A DNA stretch of 64,000 nucleotides from Octopus bimaculoides (Eukaryota): positions 40,272,178-40,336,177 of the forward strand of contig NC_068991.1 of assembly GCF_001194135.2 (NCBI RefSeq). The letters run 5' to 3'. The notes beneath the pieces were generated by a model. The model did not search any database, was not told the origin of the DNA, and saw only the letters and a list, made by a program, of their open reading frames with translations. This document shows, one piece after another, positions 62,807-64,000 of this stretch. A program made the position numbers and the translations under genes. Numbering within the stretch: position 1 is the stretch's first letter; each line of letters starts with the position of its first letter.

Positions 62807-63645
62807 CAGGGTGTCCCAAAAAATGTATATACATTTTAGATAATTGTAAAGTAGATGTTTATTAAAATGTATTTTGTTTTCAAAATTTAATAGAATCTAC
62901 AGATATTATTTGTTTTGTCAACAGCTGTTTTCAAACTGACATCCATTCTGGTCCAGGCACTGCTGACAATGTGCAGCAATGGAATTGCAAACATTACAAA
63001 ACAATGTGTTTGGTATTTGTGTGCAGGTTTCATGGTGTAGACCTTGTCTTTTGGGTATCCCCATAAAAAAGTCTGGTGGTGTGAGGTCTGGTGAATGTGG
63101 AGGGTATTCGACAAAACCCCTTCGTCCAATCCATCTGTTTAGCAAGAACTCATCAAAGAAGTTTCTAACATCACGGTGGTAGTGTAGGGGTGCCTCACCT
63201 TGCTGAAAACAAGACTCCTCATCTTCAAAGTCTTCTCTAATGCTTGGCATGACAGACTGTTGCAGCAAGTTCAAGTAAACGGGACCAGTCACAGTAGCAT
63301 CAAATTAGAATGGTCCAGTTAATCCTCTTGATGATAAGCCACACCACACTGTAACTCCTGGTAAATTAACATGGTGTTCCACTATAACATGCAGATTCTC
63401 TGGTGCCCAGTAGGTGCACTTTTGGCAGTTAATTGAACCATTTAATTTGAATGTGGCCTCATCACTCCATACAATCTTTGTTGGAAAGTGTGCATCTTCT
63501 ACACATGCCAAGTACCACTTGCAATACTGCACTCTTCGGTCTGGATCATTGTCATTAATAGCATGACCTAATCATAGAATGTAACTTTTCCATTGACAAC
63601 GCTTCAAAATGCGTTGGACAGACGATTTTGAAATACCTACCTTAT
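62807..63645 (-). mobile_element. Tc1/mariner element, DD41D (rosa-like), interrupted by RTE at ~63647
   Basis: TA|cagggtgtcccaaaaaa TIR. Confidence 0.9.
62918..63645 (-). pseudogene. DD41D transposase pseudogene
   Basis: [41 protein letters not shown]...[10 protein letters not shown]; 41 residues separate the (mutated D>G) second and the third catalytic positions. Confidence 0.9.
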
Positions 63646-63646
63646 G

Positions 63647-64000
63647 ATCCGGTGCAAGCTATGGACACATAAGAGGTGCAGCAACATCAAAGGCAGGTTA
63701 ACTAGCAAGTTAGTTTTTGTTTGTGGCAGATGTTCAGGTGCAATAAAGACTGCAAACAAACAGGAAACAACTTCTATCTCATTCCAGGGTGAAAAACTAG
63801 AGGTAGTCGATAGCTTCCGCTATCTGGGCGACCAAGTTAGTAGTGGGGGTGGGTGCGCTGAAAGTGTAGCTGCTAGAATAAGAATAGCCTGGGCAAAGTT
63901 TAGAGAGCTCTTACCCCTGCTGGCGACAAAGGGACTCTCACTCAGAGTAAAAGGCAGACTGTATGACGCATGCGTACGAACAACCATGCTACATGGCAGT
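63647..64000 (+). mobile_element. 5'-truncated RTE LINE ORF2, open frame running off the window
   Basis: 118 codons without a stop: IRCKLWTHKRC...FVCGRC...EVVDSFRYLGDQV...KGRLYDACVRTTMLHGS. Confidence 0.95.

Overview
AT-rich, microsatellite-dense eukaryotic genomic DNA with six assembly gaps. The repeat content is tRNA-derived SINEs, CORE-SINEs with RTE-type (GAT)n tails, RTE LINEs, and very abundant (TA)n/(CA)n. This is most consistent with an octopod cephalopod (inference, not verified). I cannot confidently annotate any host protein-coding exon. The long ORFs in the track are either microsatellite/N-gap artefacts or transposon fossils. Recognisable coding remnants are: three RTE ORF2 pieces whose reverse transcriptase carries an inserted C4HC3 (PHD-type) zinc finger; an orphan RTE endonuclease fragment; a piggyBac transposase fragment; and, within the last 4.4 kb, Tigger/pogo, maT-like and DD41D (rosa-like) Tc1/mariner fossils. 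Two TTAA-flanked piggyBac-type MITE families (9 copies) are scattered through the window. The most interesting observations are: (i) several hammerhead-ribozyme-like motifs, including a compact one with a CUGUUGA core variant at a Penelope-like terminus and a degenerate one inside a tRNA-headed SINE; (ii) the PHD insert inside the RT; (iii) a ~100-bp local duplication whose central ~48 bp is cleanly inverted between 7-bp inverted repeats. A few + strand micro-exon candidates hint that the window may be intronic. Boundaries of old repeats are approximate.
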